Below, in pieces: positions 19,801 to 29,327 of a stretch of DNA of 49,897 nucleotides (positions within the stretch are counted from its first letter, which is position 1; every line of letters starts with the position of its first letter). The position numbers and the translations under genes are program-made. The DNA lies in assembly GCA_036679605.1 (NCBI GenBank), contig JAZDCZ010000178.1, positions 1 through 49,897 of the forward strand, in the 5' to 3' direction. The DNA is from Gemmatimonadota bacterium. GTDB lineage: Bacteria; Gemmatimonadota; Gemmatimonadetes; Gemmatimonadales; GWC2-71-9. The notes under the pieces are model-generated. The model searched no databases and was not told the origin of the DNA. It worked only from the letters and a program-made list of their open reading frames with translations.

Positions 19801-19924
19801 CGACGGGGCGCTCGTGACGGATGTCCTCAGCAAGGTAAACCGTCGCCATGCCACCTTCGCCCAAGCGCCGTTCGATCTTGTAGCGGTCGGCGAGTGCCGC
19901 AGCGAGACGGGTAAGGTCAGTCAT
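16820..19924 (-). CDS. Membrane Ser/Thr protein kinase with C-terminal TPR region
   Basis: LGEGGMATVY, VALK, HRDIKPEN, DFG, YMSPE; TM helices; TPR-like helices; ATGA overlap with the upstream kinase. Confidence 0.95.
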   Translation of the reverse strand: MTDLTRLAAALADRYKIERRLGEGGMATVYLAEDIRHERPVALKVLKPELAHALGPERFLREIKITARLTHPHILPLLDSGEADGFLFYVMPLVEGESLRDRLVREKQLPIEDAVQIAREVADALSYAHSHDVLHRDIKPENILLESGHAVVADFGIARAIGTAGGEKLTETGLAIGTPSYMSPEQAAGEKDLDGRSDLYSLGCMLFEMLAGQPPFTGPTVESVIQQHLAVEAQAITNLRPAVPAEVVAALARALAKTPADRFSPVGQFAEALARREPAATVATATPRTVRLRSGRARAAMITLTIYLGASWVVQRVTAQIVARYLLPEWVHPAALILLLLGLPIVLVTAFVRDRSVQTEKSAIRHLTWPRAILGGALAFAALGMLSTVIVARGSARVTEAHGVAGEAFEERAWIVLAEFVAAESEKEIALAAQTALSVDLQQSQYVNVRGRNQIVPVLLRMGLPDTVRLDETVALEIAQREGMAAVLVPAVARLGDDYIFSARVIQPGTGQELIAVRTAARAERLLEGVEALSRELRSRLGEASAAIRQSRPLPEVTTSSLEALRKYAVAKAALEVDLDYPRAAELAVEATRVDTGFAMAYRLAGVAYGNSERQVQALKYSQRAYELRGRLTDRERMHVEGSYYSQRFDVRRAAEVYDVLLAQYPDDDRALNNLAVLQSGYLGDYERAYRAYLKGIALNPYSALRYNNAISAAYLVDRLDAADSLIAVTRAQGFEELAARWSHLHAVATGDFSRAAVVCDSALAKAASAARLAAYQSLCGSVSAARGRIGEAIDRMEAAGRYYGEQQMYLDYPNVVVGVALAEQIRGRPTAARARLEAALDRFPADSIREFARVVYRSTLSVGAGLLGHTDLQERFAEKYPEPSGAVPWTIEYGDALVGAARSVAESDAEGVLAALQQIDALGYELSGWLSHAHLMRAQASRELGDPNAEIVSLEEMIHPRRTTEGTSWGFLSLSQLPFALRRLAELEVARGNTEAAIERYRQFLDLWSDSDPELRDQVTVAQRALQELARGR

Positions 19925-22608
19925 TCCCACTCCAGATCCATCACCCAGATGTCACTCTCGTATTCCGCCACTGCGAGGTAGATACGATTGTCGGGACCGA
20001 CTTCGAACGAAAATAAGTTGGCCCAGAGCGCATCGTCGTCGTTCCCCATGACCAGCACCGGATCGCCGCCCGACGAGGGGATGGCCCAAATACCCTGTGA
20101 ACCGTCGGGCGCCACCCCGTATGCGTAGATAGAGTTGCCGTCGGCGGAGAATTGCGCGCGTAGCATTCGAGGGATTGCGCCAGTTTGGTCGGAGCGCACG
20201 GTCCACCGTGGTTCGCCGGAGCGGGCATACAACGTTGTCGTGGCACTTGCGACAACCTCAGTCGAGCAGACGAACATGCTACCGTCGGGTGACCATTCGG
20301 GCCATTCACAGTCCGACTCGGTTATCCGGACCGGCTCGCTCCAGCTACTGCCGGGGCTCTCTCGCTCCGCGCGCCACGTGTCACCATCCCGCCCGCCCAC
20401 CAGGACCTCAAGCCCACTGGGAGACCAAATGGGCCCGCTCCAGACCCCCCACTCGGCATCGCGAAACGTGCGAATCTCGCCTGATCCGTTCGCCGCCACT
20501 ATTCCTCCCGATGGGATACCCTCGAAGACCGCGGTGACCGACACCTCGGACCCGTCGGAGGACCACTTTCTGAGGAAGTTGTCACTCGGGTCCGATGTGA
20601 GCTGGGTCCTCTCGCTCCCGTCGGGTCGCATCTTGAACACGTCGTGGTTGCCGTTGATGTGGCTGTCGAAAGCGATCCACTCTCCGTCAGGCGAGATCTC
20701 GATGCGTTCGATGATCTCGGTCCCACTGGTAATCCGTTCACCATCACGGATCGAGACGGTGCCACCAGGCTGCAACCGATACGCGAAGATGTTCCTGGTG
20801 TAGTCGAATCGCGAGTAGGCCAGGCGCAGTCCGTCGGCGGAAACCGAAATCGAGTGGGGATTCGCCCCACCGGGCAAGCGCTGGACTGCTCCCACGGGTC
20901 CGTTGCGACCCACCTCCACGACGTAAATTGCGCGAGAGGCACCGCGGTCCGATACGAACAGCAGGTGCCTGTTGTCGGGCAACCAGACGGGGTATGCATT
21001 GAGGTTCAGCGCGTCGTCTCCGCCAACAACGGTGACCGGTTCCTCACTGCCGTCTGCGGCTACCACCACGATACTGCTTCGCTGGATGTCGCCGAGGACG
21101 TTGTCATCGCTCCACTGCTGAGCGCCGGCCGAGTAGGCGATGCGACGGCCATCGGGTGACCACGAGAAGAACCTCAAGGACGCCGGGCCTCCCTCAACGA
21201 GGAAGTTCTCTTCGCCGCCTTGGGACGCCCGCACAAAGGCGCTGTCGGACCTGACGTACACCACCCGCTCCCCGTCGGGCGACCACGCGATCCTGTCCCG
21301 CTCGGCGGTAGCGTCCAGGGTCCGCAGCGCGCCGCCCAGCATGGCGCTGGACCGGTGATTGAAGGAGCGCCCGGGGCCGGCGGCGGCCCAAAATGTCACG
21401 CTGTCGCCAGTTGTGTTCCAGGTTGGTTCCCGCTGGTAGCCGGGGAGATCTCCTGCCAGTGCTAACGTCGCGCCGCCGCTCAGGACCTGTACATAGGGAT
21501 GCGTGCGGTAGGGTGTCCCCTGCGAGTAGACGATCTTGGTTCCGTCGGGTGACAGCCGCGGCTCGAACTCCAGGCCGAGTGCGGACGTTATCTGACGCTC
21601 GTTGGACACGACGATCCGGATAGGTTCGTGCCGCAGCAACCGGATACTGAAGAAACCCACCACTGCCAGGACCGCGACGCCGGCGAGCACCTTGAGGCTC
21701 AGGAATCGGCGTGATCGCGACACCACCGTTACCGGCATCGTGTGCGCCGGCGTCAGCCCACCACTCGGCGTCGACAGTGCCTCCAAGTGCGGCAGCATCT
21801 CCTCCGCGCTCTGCCATCTGTCGGCGGGCTTCTTCTCCAGGCACCGCATCACCAACGCTTCGAGCGCCGGGGACACCTTGTCTCTTCGCTTGGTAACCGG
21901 CTCCACCTGCTCCGTCACATGTGCTGCAAGAATCATCTGCGGCGTTGCACCGGTAAACGGTGGCCTCCCAGTCAGAAGTTCATAGGCCACAGTACCCACA
22001 GCATAAATGTCAGCGCGGTGGTCGGTGTTGGGATCGGCAGTCGCCTGTTCCGGCGCCATGTATGCCGGTGTGCCGAGTGCGATGCCTGCGGTGGTAAGCT
22101 GCTGGCGGCCCGTTGCTTCGCTCACTGCCTTGGCAACGCCAAAGTCCATCACCAGTGCGTGGCGGCCTGAGATCATGATGTTGTCGGGCTTGATGTCCCG
22201 ATGCACCACTCCCTGTTCGTGCGCATGGGCCAGCGCGTCTACCACTTCGTGGAGAATCTTTACCGCTTCGGTTACGGGCAGTTCGCCTTGTTTTTGGATT
22301 CTCTCGCGTAGTGACTCGCCCCTGACGTAGGGCATGACGTAATAGAGGAACCCGTCGGCTTCGCCCGAGTCGTGGAGTGGCAGCACGTGCGGGTGTTGGA
22401 GTTGCGCGGCGATCTTGATTTCACGTAGGAAGCGATCTGGACCCAGCGCTGCCGCCAACTCGGGCTTCAGCACCTTGACTGCGACATCCCGATCGTGCTT
22501 GAGGTCGCGGGCCAAATAAACCGTGGCCATACCACCGGCTCCGAGTTCGCGCTTGATCTCGTACTTGTCCGCGAGGGCGGCCGAGAGCCGGGTAACGATA
22601 TCAGTCAT
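19921..22608 (-). CDS. Ser/Thr protein kinase with TolB-like (PD40) propeller
   Basis: LGAGGMATVY, HRDIKPDN, DFG, YMAPE; TM helix; repeated WSPDG. Confidence 0.95.
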   Translation of the reverse strand: MTDIVTRLSAALADKYEIKRELGAGGMATVYLARDLKHDRDVAVKVLKPELAAALGPDRFLREIKIAAQLQHPHVLPLHDSGEADGFLYYVMPYVRGESLRERIQKQGELPVTEAVKILHEVVDALAHAHEQGVVHRDIKPDNIMISGRHALVMDFGVAKAVSEATGRQQLTTAGIALGTPAYMAPEQATADPNTDHRADIYAVGTVAYELLTGRPPFTGATPQMILAAHVTEQVEPVTKRRDKVSPALEALVMRCLEKKPADRWQSAEEMLPHLEALSTPSGGLTPAHTMPVTVVSRSRRFLSLKVLAGVAVLAVVGFFSIRLLRHEPIRIVVSNERQITSALGLEFEPRLSPDGTKIVYSQGTPYRTHPYVQVLSGGATLALAGDLPGYQREPTWNTTGDSVTFWAAAGPGRSFNHRSSAMLGGALRTLDATAERDRIAWSPDGERVVYVRSDSAFVRASQGGEENFLVEGGPASLRFFSWSPDGRRIAYSAGAQQWSDDNVLGDIQRSSIVVVAADGSEEPVTVVGGDDALNLNAYPVWLPDNRHLLFVSDRGASRAIYVVEVGRNGPVGAVQRLPGGANPHSISVSADGLRLAYSRFDYTRNIFAYRLQPGGTVSIRDGERITSGTEIIERIEISPDGEWIAFDSHINGNHDVFKMRPDGSERTQLTSDPSDNFLRKWSSDGSEVSVTAVFEGIPSGGIVAANGSGEIRTFRDAEWGVWSGPIWSPSGLEVLVGGRDGDTWRAERESPGSSWSEPVRITESDCEWPEWSPDGSMFVCSTEVVASATTTLYARSGEPRWTVRSDQTGAIPRMLRAQFSADGNSIYAYGVAPDGSQGIWAIPSSGGDPVLVMGNDDDALWANLFSFEVGPDNRIYLAVAEYESDIWVMDLEWE

Positions 22609-22836
22609 GTCACCACGTCGTAGTTGGTATGACGACGGCTAAAGCCGCCGCTCGTGGGAATACTCCGGGAGGTTATTTGGGACATTGGAACAAAGATGTA
22701 ACCGAAGCCGCCGCTTCGCGAGTAGTCCCGTCCTACCGGCCTGACAGTTCCCTAACACATTCCTGACCGAACGGGGACTCATCTTCGAGTCCTTCTGCGT
22801 TACGTTTGAGGCGCATTTCAATCAACGGAGAACCTC

Positions 22837-23598
22837 ATGTGGACGCCACGAACGGCATTTCGGATCCTGCTCGCGACAGCCCTTGCTTTGACCCCATCCT
22901 CTTTGGCGGCACAAGCGAGGGTTCCGAAAGAATTCACCAATCTGCGGGTTCTCCCTAAAGACATCCAACAGCGCGAACTCATCGGAATCATGCGCGGTTT
23001 CACTATGCAGCTCGGCGTGGGACGATGCAGTTTTTGTCATATGGTTTCCGATGGGCTCGACCAGCCGGACGACGATTTTCCTTCAGACGACAAAGCCACG
23101 AAACGAAAGGCCCGCGCGATGTTGCAGATGGTTCGGGCCATCAACGAGAACCACATCGCCAAGCTCCCGGATCGAGGGGAACCCAACATCGAAGTGACTT
23201 GCGAGACGTGCCATGCCGGCAAGAATCGTCCGACCACGCTGGCGCAGGAAGTCACGTGGGCGCTCGCTGATGGTGGCATTGAGGCGATGCAAGCGCGCTA
23301 CGCGGAACTACGCGAGCGCTACTTCGGGATGGGAGCGTATAACTTCGGAACGAGGACTCTGGAAGGCTTCGCACGAAGTCTGATTAGGGACAACCCCGAG
23401 GCCGCTATGGCCGTCACCAAGATGAATTTGGAGCACTACCCAGAATCCGCACAGTCGTGGCTCACCAAAGGCGTACTACATCAGGCGGCCGGTGAGAACG
23501 AGGCGGCGATCGTCGCGTTCGAGAAGTCGCTCGAGTTGGCTCCGGCCAACCCGGTTGCTACTCAGCGACTCAAGCAACTCAAGGGGGGTAGCGACTAA
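22837..23598 (+). CDS. Secreted two-heme c-type cytochrome with TPR
   Basis: Signal peptide, CSFCH and CETCH, C-terminal TPR (FEKSLELAP.N). Confidence 0.88.
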   Translation: MWTPRTAFRILLATALALTPSSLAAQARVPKEFTNLRVLPKDIQQRELIGIMRGFTMQLGVGRCSFCHMVSDGLDQPDDDFPSDDKATKRKARAMLQMVRAINENHIAKLPDRGEPNIEVTCETCHAGKNRPTTLAQEVTWALADGGIEAMQARYAELRERYFGMGAYNFGTRTLEGFARSLIRDNPEAAMAVTKMNLEHYPESAQSWLTKGVLHQAAGENEAAIVAFEKSLELAPANPVATQRLKQLKGGSD

Positions 23599-23699
23599 CG
23601 GGGCCGCCGCCTAACAGGACCTCCCAACTGCAACACGGCACCCAAACGGACTGTCAGGCCCGCAAAGGCAACAAGGGCGCGAGGAAGGCCATCACTTCG

Positions 23700-24416
23700 C
23701 TACGGCACGTCCATGTGTCGCAGTCGCCGGATCGATAGCAGCAGGAACCCGGCGAACACAACAACCGACGCACCGATCGCAAACCCAAAACTCAGGTCGT
23801 CAGCTCCGACAAACCGTCGTTCATCGAATCCGTGCATCAACGCTATCGAATAGTAGCGGACACTCAGAAGTCGTACGCCCGACACGAACCCCGAGAAAAA
23901 TCCCTCCCACAGCACGATGTATAGCAGCCCGTACCCGATGGCCCGCGTGGTCTTTAGGCCAAGCCAGACGAAGGCCGACGAATACATTAACACCCCAACG
24001 AATGCGGAAGCCGTGACCGCAAGCGCGGCGGTCCAGTCACCGCTGAACGCCATATAACCTGTAAAAAACGCACTGATCGTTATGAACGGTCCGGAGATGC
24101 AAATTGCCGCGAGCAGTTTGGGCACGACGATCTGCCATCGAGGGATTGGTGAGAGGGTCAGATTAGCGAGCGTTCTGTCCTCCACCTCGTTCGCGAATGC
24201 GGCGCTCGCGATGGCGAGGACCACTAGCGGCGAGATCGCGCCTGCGAGCATGGCACTGAGCACAGACTCCTCGAACTCCTGGACGGTCGGTGCACCCTCA
24301 AAACTCACGACTAGCACTGCAATGACTACGGGCAACGACGCGAGCACGGACAAAATCAGCAGTCGCCATCGGCCAGAAAGCTGGCGGATCGTGAGTAAAA
24401 AGACAGCAGTCATCAC
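23700..24416 (-). CDS. ABC-2 type permease
   Basis: EVEDRTL.NL...PIPRWQIVVPK; six TM segments; within an ABC operon. Confidence 0.85.
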   Translation of the reverse strand: MMTAVFLLTIRQLSGRWRLLILSVLASLPVVIAVLVVSFEGAPTVQEFEESVLSAMLAGAISPLVVLAIASAAFANEVEDRTLANLTLSPIPRWQIVVPKLLAAICISGPFITISAFFTGYMAFSGDWTAALAVTASAFVGVLMYSSAFVWLGLKTTRAIGYGLLYIVLWEGFFSGFVSGVRLLSVRYYSIALMHGFDERRFVGADDLSFGFAIGASVVVFAGFLLLSIRRLRHMDVP

Positions 24417-25348
24417 TAACGCTCCACCAGGTAGCCAAAGACACTTTCCAGCGAATCGTCCAGAGGTTCGACGCGGCGCAGGCTGATTGAAGCCGACTGT
24501 GCGAGGCGAGGCAGTTCGATCTGCAGGTCACGCACATTCCTGCTCAGCACAACGACCGTCCCATCGGGATCGACATTCACGGCGTCGACAGAGTCGAGCT
24601 TTACGACCTCCGCAGCCAATTCACGAGGCGAGTCGGAAACCACCATGACGTGGTACGGCCTCTCATCCAGCGCTACTCGAATTGCACGGAAGTCTCCCGA
24701 CGCCGCCAGTTTGCCATTGATGATTAGGACGACGGTGTCCGCGAGTTGCTCGACCTCTTCTAGAATGTGCGAGGAGAGAACGATCGTCCGGCCTTCCGCG
24801 GCCAGCTGCCGCAGCAGGATCTGGAAGTGTACGCGCTGCCGAGGGTCGGCGCCATTCAGCGGCTCGTCGAGAATCAAGATCTCAGGATCGTGGACGAGTG
24901 TTGCCGCTAGTCTCATCCGCTGCCGCATTCCCCGGGAATAGGTACCCATCGGACGGAGCGCAGCGTCGGCAAGATCCACAAAGCCGATAGCCTTGTCGAC
25001 TGCGGTGTCGAGGTTCTTCACACCTCTGAGACGACCCATCATTCTCACGAAGTCGCGGCCTTTCAAGAACCCGTAAACCGTTTCGTGTTCCGACATCACG
25101 CCCATGCGCCCGTACAATGGTGGGTTGTCGCGAACCGGCTCTCCAAGAATCGTGACGGTTCCATCGGAAACGCCGGCAAGACCCGTGATCATTCGGAGCA
25201 AGGTGGTTTTACCGGCTCCGTTCGGGCCCAGCAAACCCGTTATGCCTGGCGTGATATCGAACGTGACATCGCTGACGGCGACGACACTTCCGAACCAGCG
25301 CGAAACGTGGTCGACCCTGATTACCGGTACGTCGCTACTTGCCGTCAC
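24416..25348 (-). CDS. ABC transporter ATP-binding protein
   Basis: GPNGAGKT, YSRGMRQR, LILDEP; GTG start overlapping the upstream stop. Confidence 0.93.
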   Translation of the reverse strand: MTASSDVPVIRVDHVSRWFGSVVAVSDVTFDITPGITGLLGPNGAGKTTLLRMITGLAGVSDGTVTILGEPVRDNPPLYGRMGVMSEHETVYGFLKGRDFVRMMGRLRGVKNLDTAVDKAIGFVDLADAALRPMGTYSRGMRQRMRLAATLVHDPEILILDEPLNGADPRQRVHFQILLRQLAAEGRTIVLSSHILEEVEQLADTVVLIINGKLAASGDFRAIRVALDERPYHVMVVSDSPRELAAEVVKLDSVDAVNVDPDGTVVVLSRNVRDLQIELPRLAQSASISLRRVEPLDDSLESVFGYLVER

Positions 25349-26253
25349 GGTGTCAACCGGCTGTAGCGCGTCCACAGAATGCCTGCAGGAACGAGTGTCC
25401 ACAGGAAGTACCAGCCGACCAGAATCCAAGCCGAGAGTTCGGCAGCCGGTGCCGCACGTGTAATGAAACTGACATCACCAAAGATCACGTCATTCACGTG
25501 CACCGGTATGTTGCTCAGGTTGAACATTGAGATCCACTGACCTGTCGTGCCGCCAATCTCGGCAGCAAGGCCGGTTGTAAACGGTGTCGTGATCACGAAC
25601 AGCCCGACGAGGAACACGGCTGCGTATGCGCGCCGAGTCGTAAACGCTGCAGCGAGCAAGGCCAAGGTCGTGGTGTACGCGGCTAGCGCGATTCCCGCTG
25701 CAAGGAACCTGGGAATATCGAGCCAGTTGTCGAGCAGGTATTGAGCCGGCTGCGGATCGCCCATGGATAGCCCGACGAACAAAATTGTCTGCGGGAGCCA
25801 GGCGACCGCCACCATCACCACGAAGAAGGCACACCACCGAGAACAGATATAGTCCGGGCCTGTGAGAGGTCGCACCAAATACAGACTGATTACGCCCTCA
25901 CGACGATCTGGGCACAGCAGCTCCGGCGCACCGACAGCTGCGAAGACAAAGAAGATGATTGACGCTATTCCGTAGTAATCGGAGTGCGAGGGAAGGTTGA
26001 GTTGTTCCGCCTGCTCGGCACCGACGAGCCTGTCTGCCGCACCAGCGACCAGCGCCATAATGACGGCGATAAACACGAGCACGCCAATGAAAAGCCAGGG
26101 CAGGACCTTTGCGAGCGCACCACGTCCCAGACCCAGGGAGGTCCTCACACCATCCTTGATAACAGAGAGCCGAGCCCGGTTTCGCCCCTCGCGCGGACCA
26201 GTATAGCTCTGATAGCCGATATCAAAAACGGTGCCTTCGCGTGTGTTGGTCAC
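25345..26253 (-). CDS. ABC-2 type permease
   Basis: PELLCPDRREGVISLYLVRPL; multiple TM segments. Confidence 0.85.
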   Translation of the reverse strand: MTNTREGTVFDIGYQSYTGPREGRNRARLSVIKDGVRTSLGLGRGALAKVLPWLFIGVLVFIAVIMALVAGAADRLVGAEQAEQLNLPSHSDYYGIASIIFFVFAAVGAPELLCPDRREGVISLYLVRPLTGPDYICSRWCAFFVVMVAVAWLPQTILFVGLSMGDPQPAQYLLDNWLDIPRFLAAGIALAAYTTTLALLAAAFTTRRAYAAVFLVGLFVITTPFTTGLAAEIGGTTGQWISMFNLSNIPVHVNDVIFGDVSFITRAAPAAELSAWILVGWYFLWTLVPAGILWTRYSRLTP

Positions 26254-27188
26254 GGAGACACCTCACTTCCAAAATCGTCGCCGTCGCGTTCAAATAGCTC
26301 GGTCAGTGCACGGCGGCGGGGTGCCATCCGGCGTAGGGGCGCTCTTGCCTCCACAAGCGCATCTCTTACGTGGTCGTAGACCGATTCGTCGGGGCCCTCG
26401 ATGTAGAGTCCGTGACCGTCTACGGTTACCACAACACCACGTTTCTCCAGGGCACTGACAAGAGACTCACGGTTGTCATCGACTTCGATGAATACGATTT
26501 CGGTCTCTTTCGTGAAATGCCTCACTTCCCCAGACTGCACCACTCGACCACTCTGCAGGACAATGATCCGGTCACAGGTGCGTTCGACATCTGCCATCAG
26601 GTGGGAAGACAAGAGGACGCTGATTCCGAACTCTCGGTGCGTCTTGCGAACCAGCTCGAGCATTTCCTCACGTCCCGACGGGTCGAGTCCCGCGGTCGGT
26701 TCGTCAAGAAACACGAAGGTTGGGTCGTGTACCAGTGCTTGGGCCAGTTTCACTCGCTGCTTCATGCCCGTCGAATATCCGCCCATCGCTCGGTAGCGTT
26801 CTTCGAACAGGCCCACGTGCCTCAATGTATCGGCCGCGCGTGTACGCGCGCGCGACGGCGGAAGACCGCTCACCTCGGCCATGTGACCGAGGAACTCGGC
26901 AGCGGTCACGTAACTCGGCAGACAGTCGTGCTCCGGCATGTACCCGAGCTTGGAGCGTACGGCGATATTTTCGGAAGCGTTCTGACCAAGAACCTTTGCC
27001 GAACCGGACGTCGGCTGGACCAGGCCCAGAAAGATTTTGATGGCCGTGCTTTTTCCCGCACCGTTCTCGCCGAGGATACCTGTGATCCCGTCGAAGATGC
27101 CGAAGCTAACCTCGTCGAGCGCAACAATGTCCTTATAGTGTTTCGAAAGGCTTTCGGCCGTGAGCAGGGCTTCCGCAGTATGCGTCAT
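26250..27188 (-). CDS. ABC transporter ATP-binding protein
   Basis: GENGAGKS, YSTGMKQR, FLDEPTAGLD. Confidence 0.95.
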   Translation of the reverse strand: MTHTAEALLTAESLSKHYKDIVALDEVSFGIFDGITGILGENGAGKSTAIKIFLGLVQPTSGSAKVLGQNASENIAVRSKLGYMPEHDCLPSYVTAAEFLGHMAEVSGLPPSRARTRAADTLRHVGLFEERYRAMGGYSTGMKQRVKLAQALVHDPTFVFLDEPTAGLDPSGREEMLELVRKTHREFGISVLLSSHLMADVERTCDRIIVLQSGRVVQSGEVRHFTKETEIVFIEVDDNRESLVSALEKRGVVVTVDGHGLYIEGPDESVYDHVRDALVEARAPLRRMAPRRRALTELFERDGDDFGSEVSP

Positions 27189-28102
27189 TCTGGTCTACAC
27201 GCTTCTGCGTACCCTAGACGGCACGCGCGGCGGAACCGTCGGGCCGCCCTTTGGAGATCACGACTGACTCCCGTGCCGGTCGCGAACATATCGCCGGCGC
27301 GGAAACAGCTCTCGGCATGCCTGCCGTCGCAGGCCTTTGTGTAGAGGCTCATGGCCTGTTCGAGATCCTGCGTGACGCCCGCACCATCCGCGTACAGCCC
27401 GCCCAAGTTCATGCAGCCCGCCATATAGTCGGCGTCGCACGCTCGTTCGTAGAGATCCGAAGCTCGAGTGAAATCCTGAGTGACGCCTGCACCGGTAGCG
27501 TACAGTGCGCCGAGGCTAGTGCAGCCTTTCCAGTACTCAACGTCGCAGGCTTGTTGGAACAAGCCAGCCGCGTGAGTGGGATCTTGCGCAACCCCGGCGC
27601 CTTGCTGGTACATGTCTCCGAGGTGCGTACAACCCTGCATTTCGCCGCCATCACAGGCTTGTTGGTACAGGGTGCGCGCGAGCGTGAGGTCCTGACCGAC
27701 CCCCACGCTATCCTGGTACATTACACCGAGCCTGAAACACCCCTCAGCATCGTTACCAGTACATGCTTGCTCGTATAGGCTACGCGCAAGCGTGAGGTCG
27801 CCAGCGACGCCGACGCTATCTTCGTGCATGATGCCAAGTCTGACGCATCCCTCGGCCACACCACCCTTACAGGCTTGGTCGAAGAGGCTTGCCGCCCGCG
27901 TGACGTCCTTGAGCACCCGCTCGCCCCTCCGTACCCTTTGCCCAAGCTCGAAGCAGTCCGCCACGTTCCCATCTGCGCAGGACAGGCGTAACTCCTTGGC
28001 GCTCTGACCTCCGGCACCACAGCCGGCTAGGGCGATAGCAACAGCGATCGGCAAGAGCTTGCCAACGAGGGCGGTCGAGAGTTGGACGGTGTTCTCAGGC
28101 AT
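27185..28102 (-). CDS. Sel1-like repeat lipoprotein (Cys-rich Hcp type)
   Basis: LAGC lipobox; about seven 36-aa repeats GC..LG.MY..G.GV.QD...A..LY.QAC. Confidence 0.9.
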   Translation of the reverse strand: MPENTVQLSTALVGKLLPIAVAIALAGCGAGGQSAKELRLSCADGNVADCFELGQRVRRGERVLKDVTRAASLFDQACKGGVAEGCVRLGIMHEDSVGVAGDLTLARSLYEQACTGNDAEGCFRLGVMYQDSVGVGQDLTLARTLYQQACDGGEMQGCTHLGDMYQQGAGVAQDPTHAAGLFQQACDVEYWKGCTSLGALYATGAGVTQDFTRASDLYERACDADYMAGCMNLGGLYADGAGVTQDLEQAMSLYTKACDGRHAESCFRAGDMFATGTGVSRDLQRAARRFRRACRLGYAEACRPE

Positions 28103-28189
28103 GACCGTAGAAGATATGATTTCCCGTGACGAAGCGCGAGGTACGAGTAATTGGGGTACTGGTAGCACCCCAGAACACTGAGCGGGCAC

Positions 28190-29038
28190 CTAGTGGCGCC
28201 GGTCTCCCGCAGCAACGACGGTGTTTCGTAAGACCCCTACCCCCTCGACCTCGACTTCCACCACGTCTCCCGGTTTCATAGCTGCCGTTGTACCCGGCGT
28301 ACCCGTGAAGATGATGTCTCCGGGCATCAACGTGACATACCGACTCACGTAGCTCACAATCTCGTCCACGTCAAAAATCAAATCGGAGGTGCGCTCGGAT
28401 TGTCGCAGTTCACCGTTGAGTCGAGTCTGGACGAGCAGGTTGTTGTAATCCAGGCCCGTGGCGATGGTTGGCCCGAGCGGCCCGAAAGTGTCGGACGCTT
28501 TGGCCCGAAGCCACTGGAGATCCGCGCTTTGCCAATTGCGCTCGCTCACGTCGTTACCGGCCGTGACCCCAAAGATGTACTCGTGCGCATCGACTGCCGA
28601 GACGTTGCTCGCTTCCTTGCCGATTACCACAACGAGTTCTCCTTCGTAATGCAGGTTCTCGGCGTCTGTCGGCATCACGATGTGTGCCTCGTGTCCCACG
28701 ATCGAGGTCGGGTATTTCGCGAACAGTCCCGGGTACTCCGCCGGAGATCTGCTGCCAATGTGGCTGCGGTAATTGAGGCCGACCGCAATCACCTTCGACG
28801 GCTCGACGGGTGCAAGCAATCGCACACTGGACAGCGGCATCGTGCGGCCGGTACGGCGCGGTGACTCGAACAAGCCCCCTTGCAACTCCGCAATGGTCTC
28901 GCCCTCGAGAATACCGTACGACGCCCGCCCTTCGAGCGCGTACCGAACGTAGCGAGTGACTTGGTCTTGAGCGGCGGCCGTATGCGAAAGCACAGCGACG
29001 GCCACCACGCTCAGAACGCCTGAGGCGGTGTTGCGCAT
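28190..29038 (-). CDS. Fumarylacetoacetate hydrolase family protein with signal-peptide-like N-terminus
   Basis: KVIAVGLNY, HYEGEL, NDVSER, AKASDTFGPLGP, GDIIFTGTP. Confidence 0.93.
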   Translation of the reverse strand: MRNTASGVLSVVAVAVLSHTAAAQDQVTRYVRYALEGRASYGILEGETIAELQGGLFESPRRTGRTMPLSSVRLLAPVEPSKVIAVGLNYRSHIGSRSPAEYPGLFAKYPTSIVGHEAHIVMPTDAENLHYEGELVVVIGKEASNVSAVDAHEYIFGVTAGNDVSERNWQSADLQWLRAKASDTFGPLGPTIATGLDYNNLLVQTRLNGELRQSERTSDLIFDVDEIVSYVSRYVTLMPGDIIFTGTPGTTAAMKPGDVVEVEVEGVGVLRNTVVAAGDRRH

Positions 29039-29238
29039 GGAATCCTCCCGTAGTGCGGGATGTCAGGTGTATCTCGTTATCGCAGCGAGGCTCAACCTGA
29101 CATGTGGAATCGTCGCGTGAACTTCACGTTGAAACCCACAGGGCGGTCGAGAGCCGGAACGCGATCTCGGTCGTGGAGCTAAGATGCAGTGCCGAAGCCC
29201 AGGTGGCTAGCGATCGACCCAGAAATTCTAGTCGCGAT

Positions 29239-29267
29239 GCAACCAACGGGCTTCAATACCCGTCTAA
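29239..29267 (+). promoter_or_regulatory. Candidate ECF-sigma promoter
   Basis: GCAACC-N16-CGTCTAA about 60 bp upstream of the permease, matching the AAC/CGT ECF pattern. Confidence 0.4.
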
Positions 29268-29327
29268 TACTGATGGAGACCCGACAACAGGGCCTCCATA
29301 ACCGACCTGACGGCCAAAGGATCACGC

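Noticed and set aside
22837..23598. Photosynthetic reaction-centre cytochrome
   Set aside because: Only two CxxCH motifs plus a TPR, and no photosynthesis genes nearby
23606..23700. Integron attC site suggested by GCCTAAC
   Set aside because: No complementary GTTRRRY end or paired stem, and no integrase or cassette array
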